Source: Aplysia californica
Taxonomy: Eukaryota
Assembly (NCBI RefSeq): GCF_000002075.1
Contig: NW_004797292.1
Span: 401,202-465,201, forward strand
Direction: 5' to 3'
DNA: 64,000 bases
This document shows, piece after piece, positions 25,244 through 39,100 of the stretch. The translations under genes and the position numbers were made by a program. Position 1 is the stretch's first letter; each line of letters begins with the position of its first letter. The notes under the pieces are model-generated. The model worked only from the letters and a program-made list of their open reading frames with translations, had not been told where the DNA came from and ran no database searches.

Positions 25244-28200
25244 NNNNNNNNNNNNNNNNNNNNNNNNNNNNNNNNNNNNNNNNNNNNNNNNNNNNNNNNN
25301 NNNNNNNNNNNNNNNNNNNNNNNNNNNNNNNNNNNNNNNNNNNCCCCCCCCCCCTTTCCAGGGGTAAGATTATGTTTGAACAACCCCCTTGCTGCCTGTC
25401 TACCTGCCTGCCTGCATGCATGCCTGTCTGCCTACCTACATCCATAGTTAAATAAACAGACAAAATGACAGACAGATATATCAAATACATAAGTGAAACT
25501 CTGGGGATAATTCGTGATCTTCGTTAATTGGATCCATGCAACCATTCATTATAATTATATTAAAGAGCTCAATAAAAGAAGGGAATTAGCACAAGACTTT
25601 AGTGTAATTCTTTATAATTTCATGGATTATATCCCCTGTTTAATATCTTCATGTTACCTTTGCGTTTACACACAAAACTTCAAACTGGACAATCTTGATG
25701 CACTTTTTCCCCTTCTTTTGGGGCTAGACTCGCCCAGAAATCGGGCTAAAGTCTAAAGTAGAAGGTGCAAAGGACGGGAAGACTGCAGCCATCTATCGTA
25801 ATTGGTCACTAAAAGCCAAAAGATGACTATTGCGTTCCGGTCATAATCATTCAGACTTCAAATACTCAACACAAAGAAGTTGAATTTAAAAAAACGGGAT
25901 CGAAGAAAATTAATTATTCATTAAAGTGAAATTTGGCTTTCATCTGCCTTCACTAGGCTTAGATCTAAATGTATCTACACATGTATCTTGATATTCACAG
26001 ACTGTTGGAAAGGCTGGTGAGTTATCTTGATTTGCATACGTATTTTCTCTTGATACTTTTTTCTTGTTCGTTTTCCTTGTTATTTTGTTTTTCTGTTCTA
26101 CTTCTATGTTTGTTGGTGGTTTTTTCTAGCTTTCATTTGGGGGGAAAGTGGGGGGGGGGTGTATTTGCTCTGGTCTTTTTTATTTTATTTTAGTTTTTAG
26201 TTTTAATTTTAATATAATTTAATTTTTAATTTTTTATTATTTTGTTTTTTGTTAATTCTTTTCTTTGTGAGACTTTTGGACTACAGATCAACACGAAAAG
26301 AGACGTCGTAGCGTGGTAGACATGTGGAAAAGATGCCATACTTTTGTCGGGGACTGTGGTGTGTGCGTAGTATACCTTATCACTTGGGGAAATGTTTCCC
26401 TAGTCGGTAGGACTGCAGATTGTTCGATCTATATCCCTCGATCCACCCACATTAATTTCAAATTCAATGACCAAAGAATCGGGGTAACAACCATCTAGCA
26501 AACTGTTTAAACGTGGGGAAAATAATCCCCCCTAAAGAAGTGTAAGGGCAAACAGCCTTTCTCTTGTTTGCTTCCACTTACATTAACTTCAGATTTTAAA
26601 GCGCTGCACATTTTGTTGGAACTATTAAACACAAAAGCGCCCGTTGATACAATTTGGTCAAGGTAAAAAATTAACAATTCTGAAAATAGAAAACTAATGT
26701 AGCAAATCGCTACCCCACTAAAGTTCTATCTGCTCAGTACCTAGTTTTGAGAAATTTGACTTTAAAAAATGTTGCAATAATGCAGCTTTGATAACGACTC
26801 CGAATCATCTTACGATTTTAATAGAGCAGATAGAACATAAATTACTTTCTGAACTCATGGTCTTAGTGACTCAAAACTGACAAATATGTCAGATAGAACT
26901 TTGTAATTCTAAGGTAATTAAATAACAAATTCTTCTCCCAACAAAACAGATGGTGGAAGTGGAAGCAGCTGGAGGAACTGCGTCCAGTATCCGTGACATG
27001 CTCATTGTACTCATCGTGTTCTTGGTTCTTCTGCTGATCGTCCTCGCCTTGATGTGCCTACATTGCTGGAGAGTTTACAACCGGCGCTCGGACTTCAAAG
27101 CCATGCGGGTACTTTGTATAATTTGCATTGCAAACCAGCTTCGTTTTCTAATTTGTAACTTGAAATTATTATTATTGTTATTTCTGGTTTCGTTTGTTTT
27201 TTTAATAAAGTGGACACCAGCCGACCAATGTCTCCTCAGGACTTTCACATTAATCCCTTGGATTGGGAGAGCCTAGCTCCTAACAGTCAGACTTAGTTGG
27301 GGAGTAGCAAGCACGGAGGGTAGCAAATTATATGAGGTTTCACGAATTAAAAATGCTGAGGTTAAGAGAGAAGCCTGCAATCTGCGCACGTCTAGAAGTG
27401 GAAATGAAGCTTTTGAACGCTTAAAATATGGCAAACTCTTCTCTGAAAGAATTGGTCTGTTGGCCATAGTAGAAGCCACAAGTCAACTTAATCTTTATTT
27501 TTTCCATTTTGCTATAGAAATAGTCTCTGCTGCAGATGCATTGGCCATCGACAGACATTGACAGAGGAATTATTAGTATGATTATTAGCCGAGCTAGTCC
27601 AACCACTACATTCTTCCTTTGAAACAGGAAGAAGGCAGCTTGGCCGAGTTAGCTGATGAATACATCCTTAGATAAACGTCATGAGAGATTTCACAATGGC
27701 TTTCCGCATTCAGTGATGCATGCTGAGTGTCAAGCAGTCGCAACCGTATCTATTGAGGCAAGGAGCAACAAGAATATATATATATACAAATCTCAAAATT
27801 TCGTTAGGTTTCCGTACAACACAGTGTTTATCTAGATGCGTGAAAGCTTTGAGTGGAGTGGGTAGGGGTGTGTCCAAGAATAGATAGGCTACAAACCACA
27901 CCCTCCAACACTGCTCACAAAATTGGTTCGGTGCTTTGTACATCTACTTATTTATAGAGAAAGGGTAGAAGTGCTGAAAGATACTTCAGTGAGTCAAAGG
28001 TTACCAAAAGGTTCCAAAAAACCCAACTTTGAAGCTTTATCCATTATGTGAGAATTATACAAAACAGGTTTCGGAAACTGGTTCTCTCATTCCCAGATTC
28101 CGAAAAGTCTTTTTTAGCACTCCCATTTTAGAAGATATATTTGACCAGGGACTCGAGTATTGCCTTTGTCAGAGTGTTACTTCCTACAGACAAGTCGCTA

Positions 28201-31200
28201 TCTTAGAATTACAAAGTTCTATCAGACATCTTTGGACGTTTTGAGTCACTCTGAACATGAGGTCAGAAACTAAATTATGATCTATCTGCTCTATCAAAAT
28301 TGTAAAATTATTTGGAGTCGTTTTTCGATAATCAAAGAACTGCATTTTAAAAAAGCCTGACATGTTGTGATACTCACAAATTTTAACGTCAAATTCCTCT
28401 AAATTAGTTACTGAACAGGCAGAACTTTACAATTCTCGCGTAGCGAAGTTTCTGTGCCTGTAACCACAATGCCACATTGTTTAAGCATGGTTCAGTTCTC
28501 TGCGGAAGCAGCAGCAGCTTTGATCTTGCATGGTGCACTCCCCAGGAGCAACGTCAGGCAGCGGGAGAGGAGGACACAGGCTGTGCGCCTGGTTGGCTGG
28601 ACACCAGCAACACTCTGTGCTACGAGTTCTTCTGTTGTCAGAGAAAACGTGAGTCATGCTACATCTATATTTATACTATAGGGGTGAATCAAAATGTAAT
28701 GAAAGTTGTGAAATAATATTTTTAAAAGAAACAACCCCCCCCCCCTCCCCAAACCACTCACCAACGTCCAGTGCTATGGACCTGAATTATCATGGCCCGT
28801 TGAGATATTCTCTAATTTGTGTGCATGATTCCAGCAACAACGGCAAAAATTGACCGCTAAACTATAAAATATGTAATGCGAGATTCTTATAAAATATGCT
28901 ACGTCTTACTGTACTGTTGGGCTGGTTTTTATTTTCCACTTAAACCATGTTCGCGTTGTGACCTGACAAATGTGCAACGCAGGCAAAGAGTGCAGTTTAT
29001 TCTGCTTCTAGCTCTTTTTTGTGTTGATCTATCTCATAAGGATCAGGTTTATTTATTTTTTTTAACGGGACAGGGGAATATAGGAGGCTCCGATCCTGCT
29101 TAGAATTGTTCAACCTTCAGTACAGTTATAAGAACATTTTATTGGTTACCAAAATCCAGGGGCGGTTTGTTAACTGGGAAAGACCGGTGGTGCCGGTCAG
29201 ATTTTGGTCAGCTGGACTGTTGACTAGAGGTTTATTGCTGACGATGATTTTCATTCAGTTTTAAGTAAATCCAAACAAACATGTATCAACATTCAAAAAG
29301 TACCTTGCCGGTTTGAAGGCACTCAAATAGACAAGTGGGATTCATTGCTGTTTCGTCGAGACAGAGCCTCATTCCTTCTCGTTTGTTTATCGCGCCGGCT
29401 CGTAACTTTAAATCGTTCCCCGTCAAACCGTCCCGTCGCGGAACTTTGTACGAGGACAAACCAAACACGCGGGTTCAGCGATTCAGCGATGACGTCAGTC
29501 CGCTGGACAAATCCATCGACTGCCCTCAGAGCGAATAGAGTATTCCTTGATTGCCAAGTTGGCCTCTGTGTTGCTTACAATAAGAATGAGACTGTTCTGA
29601 GCAGCACAGACACATGTATTATTTTATCAGCAGTAAATGTACATGTATTTATCGTTCAGCCCTTTTCTAAATATCATTATTGTCAGCATGGCACTAATCT
29701 ATTTTGTTTATTGGATTTTTAGCCACCTATAGTTCCTGTTTGGTATTTATTCAGCGGTTTCTCCCCACTAATAACTTACCTGGCCATTCTGACTCTAGCC
29801 GGCGAAAAGAGGAATCGTCTAGTGAAGATATATAAGGAGAATTATAACGAGGAGCGATAGGAGCTCGGCTGTCAGAGTCTGGACCGAAAACAATAGGCCT
29901 ACCCCCTCCCTTCCCTTCCCTTTTCCACCGTCACCGCAGCCAGACTAGACCAATGATGGACTAGACACCAAGTTCTATAATTAGCATTTGACACGCTTCC
30001 CCACTTTGTTACAACAGTGTTCTGAGAACTGAGAAGTACGATGAAGAACGTTTGATTGCATTATGATGGAAAACTGTTGTGTGCTAACTTTGTCCAGCTT
30101 TGTATAGTATCTGATTGTAGACTTAATCTGCATGGGACAGTGTCACTGGTACAGTATCAATTGACTTTTTGTCATCATACAGGACAGTTCTTATTACATG
30201 GACATATTTACAGGTCGAGTGCACGTCGATATTGCGTGTGGGTGTGTAGAAAGCAAAAGTCTTAGGTTAAAGTACTGGAGGCCAGGACCAGCAGTTGATT
30301 GCTTCTCACTTTCAGTTTGTTTTCTAGCATAGACTCTAGTAGTGTTTCTTTGTCTGTGCCGATCAAGTCAGTTTCTATTAATCTCAGTAACTTCCATCAT
30401 ATATTATTCCTAATATTGTTTCTAGACTCTACCATATTTCAGCTCTTTCACATTATATTATAATGTTTACACTGGTGTGTTGGGGTGGGGGAGGGGGTGG
30501 TGATGGCGAAAGTAGGGGTATAAAACGAGGAGTCTTCACCTATCCTCCTCGGAAAAGGGTGAGAAATCTCGGAGGGGCAAGTTGTGCACTTTAAATATCC
30601 CTTGGTGGTCAAAAATCGATAAGAGTAAGCTTCGGCCACCACCTGGGCAAAATTCAAAATTTCCTACCAACTTGTTTGGTATGTCCCCCGCGCTCATATG
30701 ACCTTTTTGCAGTTGCGAGCGCCGTAAAACACTTACCAAAAAAAAAAAAGAAAGAAAAAAAATATTACCATTAGTTGTTCTTGTGGGTTGTTGGCGGGTG
30801 CTCAAGTGTCGTTTACTTCTTCATTCCTATCAAACATCTTTCTCCTTGTCTCTTCTTCTTCTTTTCTTTGTATGCTACCCTCTCGAAAGCCTCTAATCTT
30901 TAGCACTTATATGACAATTCTTACTAAACTGCATTAACCCTTTTCTTGGCGAAATTATATTCCTCGCCGTAATTATAACGTACCACAGCCTGTACCGTAA
31001 CTAAACCTTACGGTACCTTTTCGTGTCCCGCAGCTCAAGGAGAGGAGAGGAACTCCTTGACAAATGTGTCGGGCATCATTTTGCCTCTTCGTGAGTACGA
31101 GAAATTGCTGAGAGATAAAGGTAGGCTGAGCGTCTGATTGTTTTTGATTTGCTCTTTTACGTCAATTTGTCAGCGAAATTGATCGAAGGACGAATTATGA

Positions 31201-33049
31201 CGTCGCCGCCGAGAGAATGATTTTTTGGGGCCGTTCAAATATAATCTTACGCCTGGGAGGGGGGGGGGGTCTTTGGCTCCTGTACGAAAAGTGTAAGAAA
31301 GGGGGAGGGGGGGGGGTCTTGAACTAATGTAATACTACACTTTTATAAGGTGGAAAATATTTTCGACGTAATGATAAACTCTGCATTTGTTGATGATAGA
31401 AATCTATTTAATTTCACTTTTTTTTCAGCATAAATGATCAATAATAACAGAGATACAGTGGAATCCTGATAAAGTCAACTTGCTTAAAGTCAACTCTTAC
31501 TTACAGTCAACTCCTCACTGTAGTCCCGTTTCTTACCTTCTTTGTTAAAGTAATTGTGTTTCTGATACAGTCAACCGCTTGAGTGTTAACGTTTAGTAAA
31601 GTCAACAATTTGGGGCTAAATCCAAAGATGAATTCATTCAAGAAGAGATATTTCGCCTGAGCAAGTGGTGTATACACCTCCAATTACATAAGTACTTTGT
31701 TCTTTCATTATCTCTTGTTTTGGTGACAACTTCAGAATTATACTAATTAAGATTACAACTTGTTTATTACCAGGTACTTTGTAAATTTGTAGCTGTCATC
31801 TTCAATTTTCAATGACCAGCAGTACAATGATAAAGTCAACCTTGCTCAAAGTCAACACTTTTTTTCTGTCCGGGGTGTTCATTTTATCATAATTCCACTG
31901 TGTAACTTGTTGGGTTTTTTTTTTAAGTTACAGCGTTTTCGTTATAGACATGAGTCTCAATTTTTTCCTTTTATTAGTAAGAAAGAGTGTGTATACAATA
32001 TTTTCCTTGAATGATTTACTCTAATTGTGAGGCAGCGCGGTGAAATCAGGCGCTCGTCAAAATAATAAAAGTGAAAAAAAACAGGCATTTTTCCGCAGGT
32101 TTGGGATCTTAAAAAAAATTTTTTTTGCGCTAAACACCTTTTACGTCCATACTGAAGAACGTTCATTACATGCACAAAATTTGTGATTTTTCAGTTTTAA
32201 AGGCTCTCAAGCTATTGAAGTTATCAAACTTTGGCGGCCGTTTTCTCACGAAATTTACCTCTGAAATCAGGTGACCCCACCTCCTTCAATCACAAATATT
32301 TCGACTTCTATTCAGCATAGATAAATATTGTTTTCATCAAAAGGTAGGCAAATGGACAGGCTTTAAGATGATAGCAATAACTCTGTACGCCTCAAAATCA
32401 AAACTGACGAGCGCTTGATCCCACCAAGTCGTGACACCTACCTATTATTTTTTAGGGCATATATTATTATATATGTGCATGTATATGCATGTTTTTCATG
32501 AACCTTATGCAATGCACATAGAGCAATGATTGTTTTACGGATTTGCGCGATATAAATGTCATATTATTTTTACCATTATAAGCGAACAATGTAATATTAC
32601 GGGNNNNNNNNNNNNNNNNNNNNNNNNNNNNNNNNNNNNNNNNNNNNNNNNNNNNNNNNNNNNNNNNNNNNNNNNNNNNNNNNNNNNNNNNNNNNNNNNN
32701 NNNNNNNNNNNNNNNNNNNNNNNNNNNNNNNNNNNNNNNNNNNNNNNNNNNNNNNNNNNNNNNNNNNNNNNNNNNNNNNNNNNNNNNNNNNNNNNNNNNN
32801 NNNNNNNNNNNNNNNNNNNNNNNNNNNNNNNNNNNNNNNNNNNNNNNNNNNNNNNNNNNNNNNNNNNNNNNNNNNNNNNNNNNNNNNNNNNNNNNNNNNN
32901 NNNNNNNNNNNNNNNNNNNNNNNNNNNNNNNNNNNNNNNNNNNNNNNNNNNNNNNNNNNNNNNNNNNNNNNNNNNNNNNNNNNNNNNNNNNNNNNNNNNN
33001 NNNNNNNNNNNNNNNNNNNNNNNNNNNNNNNNNNNNNNNNNNNNAACAA

Positions 33050-33129
<80 letters not shown>

Positions 33130-36100
33130 CTGTCGGTTGCTTTTATCCTTCTTTTAGTTTAGCAGAAAACCGTTATCATATCGATGTGTTTCTTTGGGGC
33201 TCCACCGTATTGTGTCCACGGAGGACCAGTGCGGGCTAGATAGGCCTACTCTAGATTGCTTTGCGATGGAACATAAAGGCTGTCGATTCGAAAATGAAAC
33301 ACTGGATGCCTTCATAAGGACACATCTGGTTTGAAAGGGGGAAACTTTCGGGAGGGGCAAGGAAAATCCGGACCACCAATTCAGATTCAAACTTGGAATG
33401 TCCAGCGTTGGTCAAGTTTGTCAGCAAACTGGTTTACTGTCAGTGAAAACTCGTCTCTGCTTGGGTAAAGATTTGTTACTTTGAGTTTGAGACAGTTCTG
33501 TCAGAGAATTGGTAGTGTTGAGTAAGCATGGGCAAACTATGAGCCGCGGGCAACTTTTGTTAGGCCAGCGAGTCCACCCACTAATTGACATTGAATGTGG
33601 CCGGCGGTGAGTTGATAAAAAATGATTGATAGTTTCCAGCTCAGACAGAAGGATTGATTGCATCTAATGATTTATGTGACATTATGCTACAGCGTCGGTT
33701 AGTATCCCGTTTAAGAATTTGGGTGTAAAAACCGATTTTACCCAAATATTTTCCTTTTTAAGCATGTTGAATAATATTCGGAATCACTTAATCCAGTTCA
33801 CACGCATGGTCTAGAGTAAAGAACTGACAAGTAGTAGCAGCTTACCTTGATATCCCAAAAAAGAAGCCAAATCGGCGGACCACTGCATCCTTTAGAGTAT
33901 AGAGTTAAAAACGCCCAGTTGCGTAGGCCTATCTATTGAAATTATTGCCTGAAACTAAATTATACATGGCCAAGAATTTCTTTTATTTCATCTTCCAGAT
34001 GACACATGATTCAGACATGAGTATCTTCCATTATAAACCAAATGTTTATTCTAACAGAATAATAATAGTAAAAAGATTTACATGCTCACAAAATAATTGC
34101 CTAACTCATTTTGGCTGGTTTGGAGTTTTCGGTTGTGATATGAAGAGTAGAGCCAGCTTGACATAATTCACTTGGATAAAAGAATTAATTATTGAAATAT
34201 AAAATCAATGGAGTGAAAGAAAGCTTTTTTTCTCATTTTCTCAAAATGTCTAAAAATGATTTAGGCATGCATCTTATGAGCGTGACGAATTATTCATTGT
34301 CTTCACTTGTAACTGTGGTATTAGTAGTATGTAATAAACACCAAGTATTGTTCAATTTTGCACACCCCACGACAATGAACAATTGACATGTTTCTTCCTA
34401 TTATGACGGTAAAGCTGTTTCTTTTCTAAATAAGTAAATGGCATTGTTCCTCACTTTCTGCAAGGCAGGCAAACATCGAAGCATATCGTCCACGTTTTCC
34501 AAAATGAGTTCTCGGCCTTTTAGAAAGTCACACAGGGTGGAAGAAAGACTTTCGCACGAAGAACTAACAGCACAAGAGAGTGGGGGAGATGAAGAGGAGG
34601 GGAGGGAGAAGGAAGAGGAAAAGGAGGAGGGGGAGAAAGAGCAACTTCTTCCGTACGTAGAATCTAGACGCTCGCCAGAGAAAAACTCCAACCACAAGGT
34701 GTCGTCAGCTGGCAAAATGACCGAGCTTGTCTCCAGGCACAATCCACATTCGTCGTACCCGGAGCGATCGACTCGATCGAGGAGCAGCAAAAGAGGTGCG
34801 TATATTATTATAACGTGTGTGGTTTATGTTGATGGATTTGTTATGTTTCTTCTGGGTGTCAAATGTGTGCTTTACATCAGCGGATTTATTTCTCTGAGGT
34901 GTCAAGTGTATTTAATATGTTGGCATGGTTTTTTTTGTGTGCGGTATTAGTAGAGGTTTTACGACGCTCGCAACTGCACAAGGTCATTTGAGCGCCTGGA
35001 GACTAGAGGTGTTGCAAGAGAGTAACAAACATAAAAGAGAAGAAGGGGGATAAGGACGATAGATGTTTGATAGGAAAGAAGAAGTCTCTTTTGGGTGTCA
35101 GATGTGTGGGTTATTTTGCATCGGTGTCGTTGCCTCTGTGGGCCCACAGATCTCCATACAAGACTTCGAGAAGTTTGATTGATAAAGAGATGGACGTTAA
35201 CACAGTAACTGTAACGGTGATTAAGTGTGCGCAAAAAAGCAAGACGGGGAGCCAGAAACAAACAAAAAATGAGAGAAAGAAAAGAAGTAGGACCCCCCCC
35301 CCCCCACTGGTGTCTCCAACCACTCTAAATCTAAACCACTGACGTGTGTGCTGCAGTGGTTAGGCACTTCGCTGTCGCACGCAGGAGACCCAAGTTCGAT
35401 TCCCAAGTGGGAAAACATTTGTAACGAGAATCTGTCATCTGGGATGTTGTTTCCTTCTCAGCTTGGGTTACCCTGGTATCCAAGGTCGGAATCCCGCCTC
35501 CTAAATTATCTAAATTGTGTCGATAAGGGCGTAAAACGTACCTATATTAAACAGTTTACCCTGGATGTGGTCTGTGAGGAAACGTTTTGAAAAAGATAAA
35601 AACCTGAGCCTCGTCCCCCAAATCTTTAATTTTCGTGTGCAAGTTGACTTTGTCACCAACAGTCCCAACTTGTCCCTTAAAGTTCTCTTCTGAAATTAAT
35701 ATTACGTATCCTCTAAGTCAACTTTTCAGCTCTTCTCTGCATCCCAGTAGCTATTTATTCCTTCTAAGTTGCCCTACATGAGAGGATCCCTCCCCTGATG
35801 ACCTTGACTACTCAGTTTGAGTTTTCTTTTGTGTCGATAAAGAGAAGCATATCGACACAATAATTAATGGTCATTTGATGCTGGGGAAAAAGTAAGACAG
35901 ACAGAAACAATAGAGGGAAATTAAAAAATTAGGACCTACCAGCGGTGCCCTCCAACCACCCATCAATGATCAAATTGCAGCGTTCAAACTCTCTAAAAGT
36001 ACACCGAGAGATCGACACAGATAGTACTGGCCTCGTGTAGATCCGAGACAAGCAGAGATATATACATAAACACAGACAAGGACAACTTTGTACGTAACCG

Positions 36101-39100
36101 AAATGATAGACAGACGCAAATGAAATGTAGATAGAGAGACGGACGTCGTGTGGAGAAATTCGAGTATTCTTTGTTGTCAACACTGTCTAATAATATCTAA
36201 ACGCAGGTGGTTTAACATTGTAAGAACGAACGTGATTTGCGACTGCATGTAGTAAGCTCAAGGTTTGAACCCGAAAGGGATCCGAAAGATTTATTCGTTC
36301 TTGGATGACACATTTCCTCTCAGCCAAACATCCTCAGAAGGGATGAGGATGTTCAATAAAGAGCCCCGCTTTCGAAAGGGCCTACAATTATTATTGTAGC
36401 CTAATTGTACTTCTGGATGTTTGACAATCCCATAAATACAGTTTAGATCGTCTAGGACCCAGGCTGCTTCGAGCCTGCCTGTCAGGCAGGGCCATCTCGG
36501 GCTGAGAGAAATACAATATTGCAACAGACACAAGTTTTAGTAAGAGTCTTAAGTTAAGGCACTTGCAACTCAAAAAGGTCACGATATAATGTTGAATGTT
36601 AGAGGTATTACAAGAGAGTGACAAACACCAAAAAAAGGGAAGAAGGATAAGGACAATAGATACAGACAGACGGAGATACTCGATTAAAAAAACCTTCCCA
36701 CAAAGGAAAGGATGTCACGTCTTCTAAGTGCACCAGCGAAGTGCTTAAGCGCTATACCACAGGACGTCCATTAAGTCACAACATTATATCAGGACGTAGG
36801 ACGTTAAATTTCAACAACAACATGGTGTCCTGATCCCAGCTCAATGTCCACAGCAGCCTCACGGGGGCCCCAGCACAAATCTTCATCTCGCCAGCACAGT
36901 CGTGGGGAGCAGCTCAGTCGCGTTCTCAGTCGACCTCACTCCAGTTCTGATGAGAGTGAGGAGCTAGAGATCAAGGGACAGGGAGGAACGTGGCCAGCCT
37001 CAAACAACCACGTCCATCTCAGGGAAGATAGTGGAAAGATGCCGAGTCGTGTGAGGTCTTACAGTGGCGATGACGATCAAAAATATGAACAAAATGAAGT
37101 GACAAGCCCTCAAGGACGAGCTGCTGGGACGCACACAAATAGAAGCGATAGAATCTTTCCAAAATATAGAAGTGAAGTTACGATGGGTATGTATAGAGAC
37201 TACCCCAGACTTAAGGCACAGAGAGATAATATCCTGTTGAGAACACAGAGTGACACAGTCTATAAACAACACCCAAGGAAAGAACATTCAACAATAATAA
37301 CGACCAGGGACGACCCCACGACACACACATTTGTAGATCATTTAAGGCTCGAAGAACAAAAAGGAAACAACATGCTGCAAAGACATAGACGGGACGATGG
37401 GGGAGAAAATTACGCGGAGCAGAGAAGAATGAATGAAGATTCGGATAGTAATGCAACGCAACACTATGTAGACAGTGCTACAGCGAAAAACCAGAGAGAA
37501 AGCGCCAGGTTGCAGGTTTATGAAGATCATTCACAAGACTTACGGGACTACCCTCCAATGAGAAGCGAGAGGAGTAACGTCATGCCGCAGACGTATAGTG
37601 ATGAATTTGCGCCAGTTTCCCGTTCACAAGTGTCTGGATATGTCTCTCCAATCCATCACTTGCTTGTAGGCTCGCCAAGAGTAACCGTTGAGGACACGGG
37701 GCGGAGTGCGGGAGGTCGGCCCGAGCCACGGCGGATTGTTGGCTCTGTCCGTGACGTCGATCATTTAGCAGACAACCACCGACTTCCGCCTGAGAACGAC
37801 CCCAATTCTCAGCGCAGCCACCTCCAGCCTACTCAAGTACGCGAGATGACACATGACTCTGTGCAGACGGAAGATAGAGGCAAGTACCGAGAAGACCGCG
37901 GATACGCCGAGGAATACAATCCTGGGCATCACAATCACCCAGGTTTTCCGCACCGGTCAGACGGCAATGACTCTCGCCTGACTTACGGGGCCAGTCTCGA
38001 CGGCGGGCGATCCACTCGCCTCTCTCACCTTAGAAACTCTTTTGCTGGACTAGGTCAGCAACAGTCGGTGCCTGTACATCACGTGACTTTTCCTCCTTCC
38101 GGACACTTAGCTTTACAGTCCAGTTCAGTCCAAGGACTGAACCGAGAAGCACCCGGTATACTACATGAACACTCTAGCTTTACACCACGGCAGACGGTAC
38201 AATCCGGTCGTTCCGCTACAAGTGGATTGTACCGAGACACTTCCACTGGTATGTACAGAGAACCTTCTCACCTTGAACTCGCCTCTGACAGCCGGGGAGA
38301 AAGTTACGATATTCCTGTAGGAAAACAACTCCCCCAGCCACAGACGAGTGGATCATCTGTTCCTACCTTAGACGGCTCGTCCTTCTCGCAGAGAGATCAT
38401 GTTCGTGCCTCGTCGCCTCGATGGCACTCGCACAACCCTCGCGAACAATACACGCTCGACGAGACTCCACGGCGAACCTACGATGATATGCCATACCAAG
38501 GTGGGATACTGGCGCCCCCTCGTGTCTCCAGGACAGTGCCTAATGTCTCAGTCTCGTATCACCAAAACACTCGAGGTAGCAGTCGCCTGTCCCATGAACC
38601 GTCGAAAGCTTCCACACTGCGACTGCCTGATTCCTACAGCAGACACAGTGATGCGTCACTGCACACGATACAGGGCACGCGGAGAGAAGTGATGACACGC
38701 TATCCACACAGTGGTGAGGTCTTGGCGTCCGAGTCTGTAGGTTCGTCCCCAGACGGGCAGTCAGGGGACAGTGAGGAACCCCCTGCTGGCGACACGGGCT
38801 TGTGGGAGAGTAATCAAAGCAGACAGACGGAGATGGATCAGGCTCATCAGCGGTATCCTAGAAACCGAGAGGACAGGAACGGTTGTAGGACCTATGCTAG
38901 ATATCTAATGAGTCGCCAGCATCCACAGCAGAAGAGGGAGAGGAGGGCAGTCAGGGAGACCGTAGACAACCTTGAGTTTGATGATAGACATATGAGAAAG
39001 TCTGTCACTTTTGACAGCAGCGGTGTGCTCGAAGTTTTGTCAGAGGATGACGTCAGCGACGACACCCAGAACACTTCCGCGGAGAGCGACAGCGCAGACA

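Larger units (their letters stand above)
26745..28403. repeat. Intronic inverted repeat pair, arms ~26745-26916 and ~28199-28403
   Basis: Left arm agtgactcaaaactgacaaatatgtcagatagaactttgtaattctaag vs reverse complement of right arm agtgactcaaaacgtccaaagatgtctgatagaactttgtaattctaag; similarity continues for ~170 bp. Confidence 0.85.

Noticed and set aside
20542-27675. Naming the EGF-TM gene Crumbs, Delta/Serrate, Notch or DLK
   Set aside because: Only two EGF domains are visible; there is no DSL, laminin-G, LNR or ankyrin domain and no ERLI terminus.
29335-29538. CpG-rich ORF as an additional exon of the EGF-TM gene
   Set aside because: I found no convincing acceptor/donor pair, and the flanking exons already join in phase without it.
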